Shown here one piece after another: positions 35,643-45,562 of a stretch of 63,304 nucleotides of DNA (position 1 is the first letter of the stretch; each line of letters opens with the position of its first letter). Under the pieces are notes generated by a model, which ran no database searches, was not told the DNA's origin, and worked only from the letters and a program-made list of their open reading frames with translations. Source of the DNA: a virus (taxonomy: Duplodnaviria > Caudoviricetes). Both the position numbers and the translations under genes were made by a program. The stretch is taken from the IMG/VR virus record IMGVR_UViG_3300035126_000079, positions 1 to 63,304 of that record; one strand, written 5' to 3'.

Positions 35643-36111
35643 CGTAAAGTCGTATCACAACACAGTATCAGGCGTGGCTGTTCCTTATCGCACGCGTTTG
35701 AAAGGGATGGTAATCTCCCCTTCGGCTACTTCTACGTTGAACGTTGCATTTGCCAACAATGTTCCAGAGTTGGCTACGTACACCATTCCCGGAACTACAG
35801 TTTGTACAGTAACTTACGCTAATCACGGGTTGGCTGTGGGTGACAGGGTAGCGCTTAATTTCACTACAGGTTCGGCAGTTCCAGACGTTTATACTGTTGT
35901 AACTGTGGCAACTAACACGTTTACTGTAACTACAGCCGTGCTAAATACTAGTGGTAATGTAACAATGTACCAAGATGTATTGGCTGAAATTGACTGCGCT
36001 ACGGGAACAGCGTTTTATACCCTAATCCCCGGCGAAGGCATATTAGCCTCTGTAGGAATTTATACGTTCCTCCCGTCTGCCACGGTAACAACGACCATAT
36101 TTTACGGATAG
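35626..36111 (+). CDS. Virion protein, paralog A (FCCH-like beta insert)
   Basis: MQYDVKS...HGLAVGDRV...TFTVT...IPGEGI...FYG. Confidence 0.75.
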   Translation: MTMQYDVKSYHNTVSGVAVPYRTRLKGMVISPSATSTLNVAFANNVPELATYTIPGTTVCTVTYANHGLAVGDRVALNFTTGSAVPDVYTVVTVATNTFTVTTAVLNTSGNVTMYQDVLAEIDCATGTAFYTLIPGEGILASVGIYTFLPSATVTTTIFYG

Positions 36112-36120
36112 GACGGCATC

Positions 36121-36612
36121 ATGGCAATGCAATATGACGTTAAGTCCTCCCACGTAACAACGTCTAAAACAGTGACGGATTATGCCGTTCGGCTTAAATC
36201 TATTACGGTGTCCCCAGCTTCAGCGTCTGTACGTAATATGGCAGTGGCTGATCCCACAATTTTTAAGACAGGCACATACGCTAGGCTTTCGGCAAGCACC
36301 ACAGTTACCGTCACTATTACGGCTCACGGCTTGACTACAGGCGATAGAGTCTTTATGGACTTTACTACTGGTACGGCAGCGGACGGGGTCTATGCGGTGA
36401 CTGTAACAAACGCAAACGTCTTTACGGTAACAACTGCAGCGAGCACTGCAACTAGCGGAGCCATAACGTTTTATAGTAGTATCTTGTTAGAGCTTAACAC
36501 GTTCAACATTGTTGGTTTGCCAGTGCTGATCCCCGGTGAAGGCATCTATTGCAAAAACGGTATGTTTGTAGGTGTTGGCGGTTCTGTAACAGCAACGGTG
36601 TTTTATGGCTAA
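36121..36612 (+). CDS. Virion protein, paralog B
   Basis: MQYDVKS...HGLTTGDRV...VFTVT...IPGEGI...FYG. Confidence 0.75.
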   Translation: MAMQYDVKSSHVTTSKTVTDYAVRLKSITVSPASASVRNMAVADPTIFKTGTYARLSASTTVTVTITAHGLTTGDRVFMDFTTGTAADGVYAVTVTNANVFTVTTAASTATSGAITFYSSILLELNTFNIVGLPVLIPGEGIYCKNGMFVGVGGSVTATVFYG

Positions 36613-36850
36613 ATCTCCAGCATGGCAACGCAAAGAGGGCAAATCCGAGAAGGGCGGCTTGAACGCCAAAGGCCGAGCCTCCGCCAAAAAGCAAGGTATG
36701 AATTTGAAACCTCCCCAGCCGGAAGGCGGCTCTCGCAAAGACTCTTTCTGTGCGAGGATGGGCGGGATGAAAAAGAAGCTAACAAGTGCAAAGACAGCAA
36801 ACGATCCAAATTCACGGATCAACAAAGCTCTTAGAGCATGGAATTGCTAA
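36605..36850 (+). CDS. Small basic protein, DUF6321-like
   Basis: AWQRKEGK..GGLN.KGRAS...SFCARM...ALRAWNC. Confidence 0.7.
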   Translation: MAKSPAWQRKEGKSEKGGLNAKGRASAKKQGMNLKPPQPEGGSRKDSFCARMGGMKKKLTSAKTANDPNSRINKALRAWNC

Positions 36851-36851
36851 C

Positions 36852-37100
36852 ATGGAACTGATGGTCTGGAACGTAATACTCTCCTTTGCATCAGCACTGC
36901 TGCTGTTTTGGGTAAAGGTGTCCCACGATGAAGTAAAACGCCTAAGTATTCTTTTGAGCAAAACTCGTGAAGAAAACGCAGAAAAGTTTGTAACCAAATC
37001 AGATGTTCATAATGACATTAACCGAGTGCTGGCCAGATTGGATCGTCTTGAAAGCAAGATAGACGACTTTATGAAGGAGCATCGCAGTGCCCTCAGTTAG
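36852..37100 (+). CDS. Membrane-anchored coiled-coil protein
   Basis: N-terminal TM segment; TREE.A..FVTK...RLESKID. Confidence 0.7.
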   Translation: MELMVWNVILSFASALLLFWVKVSHDEVKRLSILLSKTREENAEKFVTKSDVHNDINRVLARLDRLESKIDDFMKEHRSALS

Positions 37101-37551
37101 TAAGAAGCAACACAATTTCATGGCAGCGGTGGCTAACAACCCATCGTTTGCTAAGAAAGCAGGCGTCCCACAGTCTGTGGGTAAAGAGTTTAATCAGGCC
37201 GACAAAGGTCGTAAATTTTCTAAAGGTGGCGATATGAAAAAGATGAATATGGGTGGATACGCAGACGGTGGCATGACCATGGTCAAAAAAGGCGACAAGA
37301 TGGTTCCTGACTTTGCTGCTGACGGCAAGGGCAAGATGGCCAAAGGCGGCATGGCTAAAGGCAAAATGCCAGCAGCTTTGGCTAAGCATGCAGGCATGCC
37401 AGCTTCCAAGGCTCACAAAGGTCTGAAGGCTGGCGGTATGGCTGCATCCAAAATGGGTTCGGTTAAAACTTCTTCTAGCCGTGATGGTATTGCTACTAAA
37501 GGCAAAACCAAAGGCACAATGATTACCATGAAAAATGGCGGGAAGTGCTAA
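37087..37551 (+). CDS. Basic K/M/G-rich protein with repeated xxxGG motifs
   Basis: MPSVSKKQHNFMAA...; six [FYML]xxGG motifs; GTG start. Confidence 0.75.
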   Translation: MPSVSKKQHNFMAAVANNPSFAKKAGVPQSVGKEFNQADKGRKFSKGGDMKKMNMGGYADGGMTMVKKGDKMVPDFAADGKGKMAKGGMAKGKMPAALAKHAGMPASKAHKGLKAGGMAASKMGSVKTSSSRDGIATKGKTKGTMITMKNGGKC

Positions 37552-37554
37552 GCC

Positions 37555-37827
37555 ATGAAAAAATACGCTGAAGGTGGTATCTATACCGCTGAAATGGGTA
37601 AACCTCCTACTGACCCAGAAGGCGTACCCGCTGTAAAAAAGACCGCGCCTAAGCCTGCGCCTAAGAAAACTGCGCCTCCAAAAGACACAGTGTTCCGCGA
37701 AGGTATGCCAGTTCCACAAGACAAGGATGGCGCATCTGTGAGTAAAACTAAGAAGATGGCCAGTGGTGGCGTTACCCGTGCAGACGGTATTGCTCAGCGT
37801 GGTAAGACACGCGGAAAGATGTGCTGA
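37555..37827 (+). CDS. Basic protein with YAEGG/MASGG motifs
   Basis: Ends RADGIAQRGKTRGKMC. Confidence 0.75.
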   Translation: MKKYAEGGIYTAEMGKPPTDPEGVPAVKKTAPKPAPKKTAPPKDTVFREGMPVPQDKDGASVSKTKKMASGGVTRADGIAQRGKTRGKMC

Positions 37828-37828
37828 T

Positions 37829-38005
37829 ATGGCAACCGCAAAACCCGCAGGCAGTGTAGTTAAGTCTTTAAAAAAGGCTGGGTTTTACGGTGCAAGTGAA
37901 CCCAAACGACTGGCTATCATTAACAAAGTTACAACCAAACCCCAGCGGATAAAGATGGTTGATAAATTGTTTTTAGCCAAAAAAGCTAAAGGTAAAACAA
38001 AATGA
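37829..38005 (+). CDS. Small basic hypothetical protein
   Basis: MATAKPAG..., tightly coupled. Confidence 0.55.
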   Translation: MATAKPAGSVVKSLKKAGFYGASEPKRLAIINKVTTKPQRIKMVDKLFLAKKAKGKTK

Positions 38006-38277
38006 TGCCAAGCCGTGGTATGGGAGCCATATCCCCAAGCAAAATGCCCGGTGCAAAGAAAAAAGCACGTCGGGACGATACTGACTTTACTCAGTATAAA
38101 GAGGGCGGCAAAGTTAATGCTGCTGGCAATTACACCAAACCCGGCCTTCGTAAGAGAATTGTGTCTCAGGTAAAGTCCGCAGCAACCCACGGTACAGGCG
38201 CAGGCCAATGGTCAGCCCGTAAAGCACAACTTGTTGCTAAGAAGTACAAAGAAGCTGGCGGGGGGTACAAAGATTGA
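38002..38277 (+). CDS. DUF5872-like protein, N-terminal half
   Basis: NYTKP.LRKRI...GQWSARKAQL.AK.YK.AGGGY. Confidence 0.65.
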   Translation: MMPSRGMGAISPSKMPGAKKKARRDDTDFTQYKEGGKVNAAGNYTKPGLRKRIVSQVKSAATHGTGAGQWSARKAQLVAKKYKEAGGGYKD

Positions 38278-38507
38278 AAGCCCCTCAAAAATCGCTCAAA
38301 GATTGGGGTGACCAGAAATGGCGCACTAAGTCTGGTAAACCGTCAAGTAAGACGGGAGAGCGGTATTTGCCCGAAGCGGCTATTAAATCTTTAAGCCCAG
38401 CAGAATACGCAGCTACAACCAAAGCCAAACGTGCTGGTAAAGCATCTGGTAAACAATTTGTAGCGCAACCTAAAACTATTGCAAAGAAAACAGCGGGGTT
38501 CAGATAA
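38274..38507 (+). CDS. DUF5872-like protein, C-terminal half
   Basis: QKSLKDW..QKWRTKSGKPS...RYLP..AIKSLS; TTG start. Confidence 0.65.
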   Translation: MKAPQKSLKDWGDQKWRTKSGKPSSKTGERYLPEAAIKSLSPAEYAATTKAKRAGKASGKQFVAQPKTIAKKTAGFR

Positions 38508-39658
38508 TGGCATCTCTATACGAACAACTAATGGCTTCCAAAGGCGCTCCAAAGGCAGCCGGGGCTTCTAATTCCACACAACTTCGTAAAGCTCCTATGA
38601 GCTTGCGTTCTGCCATGCGTAAGTACGCAGAAGGCGGTGATGTTAACGGTCAGGGCTTTGATGATGGGCGGGATATGTCCCGTTCTGTAATGCAAGGGGC
38701 CCCCATGCAAGGTGGCAATCTAGGTGCTGGTTTGGCGCAAGCGGTTCAAGGGATTCAAGGCGGCAGGCTGCAAGGTAATGACTTTACGCAGGCTTTGATG
38801 GACATTGCTAAACAAGCTCAAACACAAAATCAGCAAGATATTGTTGAGCCTAGATTTCCAGAAAGAGTGCGCCCCCCAGAGCGTCCAGAAGAGCCGCGTT
38901 ATGAAGAGCCACGTTATGAGGAGCCACGCCGTCCAGAAGAGCCGCGTTATGAGGAGCCACGCCGTCCAGAAGAGCCACGTCCAGACCCCCGTTCCCCAGA
39001 GATTTATCCACAGGACTACGCTGGCCCAAGGACTACAGGTTCAACACAAACTCAAGAAATAGGGCCACGCACTTCTTACCGCATAAACGATGATGGTTCA
39101 AGAACTGAAATTGGCTACGACGGTCAGCCTATTGCTAACTACACGCCAGAGCAATTGGCTATGCATTACGCCACGATGGGTATTGGCCAGCCCGAGTATC
39201 GTTATGTTTGGAATGGCCAAGGATACGATAAATTGCCAAATGGCCCACAAATTGGCTATGACCCCGGCACAACTACTGCGCCCTATCCAGAAGAGCCAAC
39301 TACTGCGCCAATGCCAATGTTTCCTGACACAGCGCCTTACCCAGACACAGCTCCAATGCCAATGTTTCCTGACACAGCGCCAATGCCTGTAGATTACTAC
39401 AACCCATCACCCCCTATGGACTTTACACAAGATCCGGGGTTTACTCCAATGCCAACGCCCATAGGAGTAGCAAAATCCTTAGAAAGAGGTGGTGATATTG
39501 GAAAGCTATTGCAAGACTTAACTTCACGTTCAGGTGGTCAACAAAGTGAGGGCTTAGCCGCATTGATTGCAAAAGCACTTGCTGGTGGGGGCGGAGGCGG
39601 TTCGTTAGAAGAACAACGCAGATTGATGAGTCTTCTTGAAATGTTAAAGGGCAGATAA
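38507..39658 (+). CDS. Low-complexity Pro-rich protein with internal repeats
   Basis: (R)PEEPRYEEPR and PDTAPMPMF repeats; YAEGG motif. Confidence 0.75.
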   Translation: MASLYEQLMASKGAPKAAGASNSTQLRKAPMSLRSAMRKYAEGGDVNGQGFDDGRDMSRSVMQGAPMQGGNLGAGLAQAVQGIQGGRLQGNDFTQALMDIAKQAQTQNQQDIVEPRFPERVRPPERPEEPRYEEPRYEEPRRPEEPRYEEPRRPEEPRPDPRSPEIYPQDYAGPRTTGSTQTQEIGPRTSYRINDDGSRTEIGYDGQPIANYTPEQLAMHYATMGIGQPEYRYVWNGQGYDKLPNGPQIGYDPGTTTAPYPEEPTTAPMPMFPDTAPYPDTAPMPMFPDTAPMPVDYYNPSPPMDFTQDPGFTPMPTPIGVAKSLERGGDIGKLLQDLTSRSGGQQSEGLAALIAKALAGGGGGGSLEEQRRLMSLLEMLKGR

Positions 39659-40593
39659 TGACTACTACCGGCTCAACCCTCTTCAACATGGAGTTTACCG
39701 AGATCGCTGAAGAAGCGTGGGAGAGGGCTGGCCGTGAGATGCGTACTGGTTATGACTTGCGCACAGCGCGTCGTTCTATGAACTTAATGACCATTGAGTG
39801 GCAGTCCAAAGGCATCAACATGTGGACAATGGAACAGGGGATCATTAACTTGACCCCCGGTTTAGCTACGTATGCGCTGCCAAAAGATACTATTGACCTT
39901 CTAGAACATGTAATCCGTACGGGATCTAACACTGCTTCTACGCAAGCCGATTTAACCGTTTCACGCATTAGCGTCTCAACTTATGCAACTATTCCAAACA
40001 AGCTTAGCCAAGCTCGCCCAATTCAAGTCTGGATTCAAAGACTTTCTGGCGAAACTAATCCAACCAATTCAGTCTTGGTGGGCGCGGTTACGTCAACGGA
40101 CACCACAATAACGCTTAACACCATAGTGGGTTTGGCGGGTTCTGGTTTTATCCGCATTGATTCAGAAGATATTTACTACACATACGTATCAGGGAATACC
40201 CTAGGTGGTGTGTACCGTGGTCAAAACAACACAACTGCCGCATCCCATACTGATGGCTCAGCTATTTTTGTACCCCAGCTTCCTGCTGTAACAGTTTGGC
40301 CTACGCCTGATAACAGCACGCCGTATCAGTTTGTGTACTGGAGACTTCGCCGAGTGCAAGATGCTGGCGCTGGTGTTGAAACCGCTGACATGAACTTTCG
40401 CTTTTTACCGTGCCTTGTAGCTGGTTTGGCGTATCACATTGCAATCAAAGTACCTGAATTGATGCCCCGCATCCAGATGCTTAAACAGATTTACGATGAG
40501 ACCTTTGAGATTGCCGCTGGTGAAGACCGAGAGAAAGCTCCGCTTCGCCTTGTTCCTAGGCCAATGTTTATTGGAAGTGGCGGGGGTTACTAA
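39658..40593 (+). CDS. Head-tail adaptor protein (P22 gp4-like, putative) with beta-rich insert
   Basis: EEAWERAG...ARRSMNL...W..G.N.W; insert I.IDSEDI.Y...RGQNNTTAASH. Confidence 0.65.
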   Translation: MTTTGSTLFNMEFTEIAEEAWERAGREMRTGYDLRTARRSMNLMTIEWQSKGINMWTMEQGIINLTPGLATYALPKDTIDLLEHVIRTGSNTASTQADLTVSRISVSTYATIPNKLSQARPIQVWIQRLSGETNPTNSVLVGAVTSTDTTITLNTIVGLAGSGFIRIDSEDIYYTYVSGNTLGGVYRGQNNTTAASHTDGSAIFVPQLPAVTVWPTPDNSTPYQFVYWRLRRVQDAGAGVETADMNFRFLPCLVAGLAYHIAIKVPELMPRIQMLKQIYDETFEIAAGEDREKAPLRLVPRPMFIGSGGGY

Positions 40594-40976
40594 TGGGTAA
40601 TCGGTACGCATCCGGCAAGATAGCGATTGCTGAATGTGATCGCTGTGGTCAGCAATTTAGGTTAAAACAACTTAAGACTGAAATCATTAAACAGCGTAAG
40701 TATGAATTGTTGGTTTGCCCTGAGTGCTGGGATCCAGATCAGCCACAGTTAATGTTAGGTACGTTTCCAGTAGATGACCCACAAGCTTTGCGTAACCCGC
40801 GTAGGGATACAACGTATGTAACTTCTGGTGTTAACTCGGCTGGTAACTTGTCAGGCGGTTCACGAGACATTCAGTGGGGCTGGGCTCCAGTTGGTGGGTC
40901 TAGATTTTTTGATAATGAATTGACACCAAACTACTTGGTGGCAACGACATTTGTTGGTACAGTAACGGTTAGTTAA
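40593..40976 (+). CDS. Zn-ribbon-containing virion-module protein
   Basis: CDRCG...VCPECWD...DPQALRNPR. Confidence 0.75.
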   Translation: MGNRYASGKIAIAECDRCGQQFRLKQLKTEIIKQRKYELLVCPECWDPDQPQLMLGTFPVDDPQALRNPRRDTTYVTSGVNSAGNLSGGSRDIQWGWAPVGGSRFFDNELTPNYLVATTFVGTVTVS

Positions 40977-40986
40977 GGAGATTAAA

Positions 40987-41175
40987 ATGGCATTTAGAAA
41001 ATCAGCCGACGGTATTGCTAAAAAAGGTAAAACCGAAGGTAAAAATTTAGGTGATAGCGGCCCTACTGCTGGCATGATGCACGGCGGTAAAGGCAAAGGT
41101 AAGGGTAAAACCAATGCCGATATGAAGACTATGGGTCGTAACTTGGCAAAAATTGCTAATCAGAAACGAGGCTAA
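40987..41175 (+). CDS. Small basic protein
   Basis: ADGIAKKGKT...MGRNLAK; RBS AAGGAG. Confidence 0.7.
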   Translation: MAFRKSADGIAKKGKTEGKNLGDSGPTAGMMHGGKGKGKGKTNADMKTMGRNLAKIANQKRG

Positions 41176-41177
41176 TC

Positions 41178-41441
41178 ATGGCTACATACAGCAAAAAATT
41201 GATGGGTAAAGAAGTTGGCGATGCCAAAGTCTATGCTAAACCACACACAATGTCTGGCAAAGCTGTCAGTGCTTCTACTAACCCCGGCTCTGGCCCTGAC
41301 CACAGTGATGCAAATACAGTCAATATGTCTGTAGGCAACATCTCTCGCCGTCCACAGCCAGCCGCTAAAACTTCGGGTATCAAAATGCGTGGCGCAGGTG
41401 CAGCGACTAAAGGTGTAATGTCAAGAGGCCCAATGGCATGA
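41178..41441 (+). CDS. Small basic protein
   Basis: Ends MRGAGAATKG.MSRGPMA. Confidence 0.7.
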   Translation: MATYSKKLMGKEVGDAKVYAKPHTMSGKAVSASTNPGSGPDHSDANTVNMSVGNISRRPQPAAKTSGIKMRGAGAATKGVMSRGPMA

Positions 41442-42277
41442 ATTACACCGAGCTTGTCACGCAGGTAAGCGATTACTGCGAGAACTCTTTCCCAACTGAC
41501 AATATGAATGTGTTCATTCGTCAGGCGGAGCAGCGCATCTATAACACCGCGCAGCCAGCTAATTTGCGAAAGAACGTGACGGGCATATTAACCACTGGTA
41601 ATAAGTATCTTCAGTGCCCAACAGATTTCTTATCTGTTTACAGCCTTGCCGTATACCCGTATAACACGACAACTGCCACAGGAACATCTGGGCAGAAAAC
41701 AATTGTGGTTGCTAGTACGACAGGTATTGCAGTAGGTCAGCAGGCAACCGGCACAGGAATTGGCACTAACGCACAGGTTAGAAGTATTGTGGGGACTACG
41801 GTCACCTTAACAGTCGCAAACAACGGTACGGTATCAGGCTCTATTGCCTTCCAAGGTGATTACTTATATCTTTTAAACAAAGACGTTAACTTTATCCGTG
41901 AAGCTTACCCTTTGTCTGCATTTGCATCTGAGCCTAAACACTACGCCATCTTTGGCCCCCGGTCAGACAATGTAAATGAGTTGACGTTTATTGTTGGCCC
42001 TACACCAAGTGCTGCATACAACGCAGAGCTTCATTACAACTACTACCCTGAGTCTATTGTCACTGCCGAAACCACTTGGCTAGGCGATAACTTTGATTCT
42101 GTTTTGTTGTATGGAACTATATGCGAAGCCTATACCTACATGAAGGGTGAGGCTGACATGGTGGCTCTTGCTCAACAACGTTACGTACAAGCTATTGCTC
42201 TGTATAAAAACTTGTCGGATGGCAAACAACGTGCTGATGCTTATCGTGATGGTCAAATTAGGGTGGCTGTTTCATGA
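41438..42277 (+). CDS. Tail adaptor/tubular protein (putative) with beta-rich insert
   Basis: MNYTEL...FIRQAEQRI...GPTP...LHY...TTWL..N..S.LLYG. Confidence 0.65.
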   Translation: MNYTELVTQVSDYCENSFPTDNMNVFIRQAEQRIYNTAQPANLRKNVTGILTTGNKYLQCPTDFLSVYSLAVYPYNTTTATGTSGQKTIVVASTTGIAVGQQATGTGIGTNAQVRSIVGTTVTLTVANNGTVSGSIAFQGDYLYLLNKDVNFIREAYPLSAFASEPKHYAIFGPRSDNVNELTFIVGPTPSAAYNAELHYNYYPESIVTAETTWLGDNFDSVLLYGTICEAYTYMKGEADMVALAQQRYVQAIALYKNLSDGKQRADAYRDGQIRVAVS

Positions 42278-42690
42278 GCAGTATTCTCCAAACCCAGACC
42301 ACTAGTTTCAAAACGGAGCTATACACAGGCGTTCACAACCTGTCTTCAAATACGTTAAAGATAGCCCTGTATACGGCTAATGCCAATTTAAACGAAGCCA
42401 CTACTGCTTACACGACAAGTGGTGAAGTGACTGGTACGGGTTATGTGGCTGGTGGCGTAACGCTAACGGGCGTAACCATTAGCTCGTCTGGTTACACGGC
42501 GTATGTAGATTTTGCCGATGTGGTGTTTAACGCTTCAGTAACGGCTCGTTGTGCTTTGATCTACAACGTTACCCAAGGTAATAAATCCATTGCTGTGTTG
42601 GACTTTGGGTCTGACAAGACTTCTACTAATTTCACTATTACAATGCCTGCAAACACAGCAACAGCAGCATTGATTCGTTCTTCTAACTAA
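42274..42690 (+). CDS. Tail protein
   Basis: SFKTEL..G.H...LKIALYT...GY.AGG..L...ALIYN...VLDFG.DKT. Confidence 0.7.
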   Translation: MSSILQTQTTSFKTELYTGVHNLSSNTLKIALYTANANLNEATTAYTTSGEVTGTGYVAGGVTLTGVTISSSGYTAYVDFADVVFNASVTARCALIYNVTQGNKSIAVLDFGSDKTSTNFTITMPANTATAALIRSSN

Positions 42691-42699
42691 GGAGTCATC

Positions 42700-43278
42700 A
42701 TGACTATTGAAAAAACCAAAGCCACTGACGTTGTTTCTAGTGGTCTGACTTGTAACACCAAAGCCGGTGAGGACGCAAAGGCGACCGGTTTATTTGAAAT
42801 CAAATGCCATGACAAAGATGGTAACTTGAAGTGGACTGCTGAGTCTAAGAACTTGGTGGTTAACGCGGGTCTGGCATACATGGCGGGCAGTGCTTTGACC
42901 TCAGTAACCCAGATCACCACTTGGTATCTTGGCTTGTACGGCGCTGGCGCTTCTAATACACCTGCGGCGGGCGACACAATGGCTTCCCATGCTGGTTGGA
43001 CAGAAGTTACGGCATACAGCAACGGAACCCGTGTGACTGCTACTTTTGTAACAGCTACAACCGCTAATCCATCCGTGGTAACTAATACAGCTTCACCAGC
43101 CGTGTTTAACATTAACGGCACGGCAACAGTTGGCGGTGCGTTTTTGACGAGCAACGATACTAAAGGTGGCACAACAGGAACATTGTTCTCTGCCGCTGAC
43201 TTTGGCTCACCCGGTGACCGTTCTGTGGTGAACAGCGATACTTTATCTGTGACTTACACATTCAGCTTGGCGGCTTAA
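42700..43278 (+). CDS. Tail-associated protein
   Basis: NLVVN.G...WYLGL...GTLFS...DTLSVTY. Confidence 0.65.
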   Translation: MTIEKTKATDVVSSGLTCNTKAGEDAKATGLFEIKCHDKDGNLKWTAESKNLVVNAGLAYMAGSALTSVTQITTWYLGLYGAGASNTPAAGDTMASHAGWTEVTAYSNGTRVTATFVTATTANPSVVTNTASPAVFNINGTATVGGAFLTSNDTKGGTTGTLFSAADFGSPGDRSVVNSDTLSVTYTFSLAA

Positions 43279-43279
43279 T

Positions 43280-44320
43280 ATGGCTGGGTGGGGTGACGGC
43301 TTATGGGGCGAACAAGGGTGGGGTGGTTTTACCGCCTTCACTAGCTCCGTAGACGAAACCTCTACAGGCACGGACGCGGTTACATCGGCACTCAGTGTTG
43401 ATGCCTCAGTTGTTGAAACGGGTACGGGCACAGATGCAATAACAGCGTTGCCAACGTATTTTCCGGCAGTAACGGAAACGGCAACGGGAACAGATGCTGC
43501 TGAAGGGGGGCCGTTGTATGCTACAACGGTAACAGAGGCAAGCACAGTAACAGATGCGGTTTCTTCGGTCATAGCTGTAGTCGCGGTAATTACTGAGACT
43601 GCTACGGGTACAGATGCAACAGTAGGTGGCGAAGTATACGATGCGGTAATAGCGGGCACGGGTTGGGGCGAGAGCGCTTGGGGGTACAACTCTTGGGGTG
43701 GGGTTGGTGAGCTAGCTCTTGCTTCAGACGTTGTAACGTCTACGCTGGGGATTAGTGTAGCGGTAACAGAAACGGCAACGGGAACAGATGTTGTAACAGC
43801 GGGTATAGCGTTTGCGGCACAGGTTACTGAGACAAGTACGGGTAGCGATGCAATAACGGCGTCACCAACGTACTTCTCAACCATAGCGGAGACGGCAACG
43901 GCGGCGGATGCGGTATCGAGTGTTCCTGTGTACGCGGCTACAGTTGCGGAGACAGCAACCGGAACAGATAACATAGCTGGAAGTCTTGTATATTTTGGTG
44001 ATGTGCAGGAAACAGCGACAGGCACAGACGCAGTAACGGCGGTAGTTGTAGTTAATGCGGCAATTACAGAAACCGCTACGGGGTCAGATGCAGTCACAGC
44101 AACGGCAAGTTTTGGTTCCTCGGTAACGGAGACAGCAGTAAGCGCGGATACATTGGCGGCAGCGGCGGCGTTTGTTGCCTCTATTGCAGAATTGGCAACG
44201 GGCATAGATTCAATCACAGCACGACCTTTCTGGGAAATAATAGATGACACGCAGAACGCAAACTGGCAAAATATTGGTAACACGCAAACGGCGGGGTGGA
44301 CTGCTGTTGCAACAACTTAG
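43280..44320 (+). CDS. Repetitive tail/spike protein (V.ETATGTDA repeats, W-G motifs)
   Basis: ~19-aa repeats; two GWG..WG..WGG blocks. Confidence 0.7.
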   Translation: MAGWGDGLWGEQGWGGFTAFTSSVDETSTGTDAVTSALSVDASVVETGTGTDAITALPTYFPAVTETATGTDAAEGGPLYATTVTEASTVTDAVSSVIAVVAVITETATGTDATVGGEVYDAVIAGTGWGESAWGYNSWGGVGELALASDVVTSTLGISVAVTETATGTDVVTAGIAFAAQVTETSTGSDAITASPTYFSTIAETATAADAVSSVPVYAATVAETATGTDNIAGSLVYFGDVQETATGTDAVTAVVVVNAAITETATGSDAVTATASFGSSVTETAVSADTLAAAAAFVASIAELATGIDSITARPFWEIIDDTQNANWQNIGNTQTAGWTAVATT

Positions 44321-44329
44321 GAGCATTAA

Positions 44330-45562
44330 ATGACTACAGGCGCAACGGGACAACTAGGACTTGCCTTACCGGTACAGGGTGAACTTTCTGGTACATGGGG
44401 CAATACGGTTAACAACGGTATTACCGAATACACCAACATTGCTATTGCAGCCACACTGACGCTAACAAATGATGGCGCGGTAACTCTTGCAAACACTACA
44501 GGGGACGCTTCAGCTTCTAACATCGTATCTACCTTGACAGGTGCGGGTACGGTAACAGCGCAGTTTGCCATCGTCAGAGTTACGGGCACGCTAACAGTGG
44601 CCAAAGTAGTAACGGCTCCAAGTTACAGTAAAACGTACACAGTGGTGAACGCCGCCACTGGCGGTATTGTGACGTTTAAAGCAGCGGGGCAAGCCGGTGT
44701 TTCTATCGCTGTGGGTGAGTCAGCTTATGTGTACTTTAACGGCACTGACTATGTGAAGCTGGCTTCTACTGTAGATAGCGGAGTAACTTCATTTACTGCT
44801 GGCACAACAGGGCTTACCCCTTCTACAGCCACAACTGGCGCAGTTACTTTGGCTGGCACGTTGGCTCCAGCAAATGGCGGTACAGGTGTAGCAAATAATG
44901 CGGCAATGACAGTAACGGGTTCAGGAAACTTTGCATACACAAGAACACTAACAGGCGCAACCAACGTCACTTTTCCCACAACGGGTACATTGGCAACTTT
45001 GGCGGGTACAGAGACTTTCACCAACAAGACTCTGACAACGCCAATAATCTCAAGTATCAGCAACACGGGTACATTGACGCTACCAACAAGCACCGACACA
45101 TTAGTGGGTAGGGCAACAACTGATACGCTGACCAACAAAACGCTGACAAGCCCAACGCTGACAACCCCAGCACTGGGTACTCCCGCAAGTGGTGTATTAA
45201 GTTCTTGCACGGTTGATGGCACAAACAGCGTTGGATTTTTAAACATCCCACAAAACAGTCAATCGGCAGCTTACACATTGGTTTTAGCCGATGCTGGTAA
45301 ACACATTTTTCACCCAGTTGGTGACAATAACGCTAGAACATTTACTATTCCCGCAAACTCAAGCGTTGCGTTCCCAATTGGAACTGCCATCACATTCATC
45401 AACATGGCTGTGGCAAACGTCACGATTGCCATCACAACAGACACATTGGTTTTATCTTCCGCAGGTACAACAGGTTCACGAACCTTGGCTACAAACGGAT
45501 CAGCAACCTGCATTAAGATTACCTCAACATCTTGGCTTATTTCAGGGAGTGGTTTAACATGA
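44330..45562 (+). CDS. Tail fibre protein
   Basis: GELSGTWG..VN anchor; ANGGTG and TLTNKTLT repeats; C-terminal IPANSSVAFPIGTAI...W.ISG domain. Confidence 0.8.
   Translation: MTTGATGQLGLALPVQGELSGTWGNTVNNGITEYTNIAIAATLTLTNDGAVTLANTTGDASASNIVSTLTGAGTVTAQFAIVRVTGTLTVAKVVTAPSYSKTYTVVNAATGGIVTFKAAGQAGVSIAVGESAYVYFNGTDYVKLASTVDSGVTSFTAGTTGLTPSTATTGAVTLAGTLAPANGGTGVANNAAMTVTGSGNFAYTRTLTGATNVTFPTTGTLATLAGTETFTNKTLTTPIISSISNTGTLTLPTSTDTLVGRATTDTLTNKTLTSPTLTTPALGTPASGVLSSCTVDGTNSVGFLNIPQNSQSAAYTLVLADAGKHIFHPVGDNNARTFTIPANSSVAFPIGTAITFINMAVANVTIAITTDTLVLSSAGTTGSRTLATNGSATCIKITSTSWLISGSGLT

Noticed and set aside
43243-44283. 346-aa antisense ORF mirroring the tail gene
   Set aside because: Exact antisense of a Thr/Ala/Val-rich gene whose codons give few reverse stops; no RBS or operon context.
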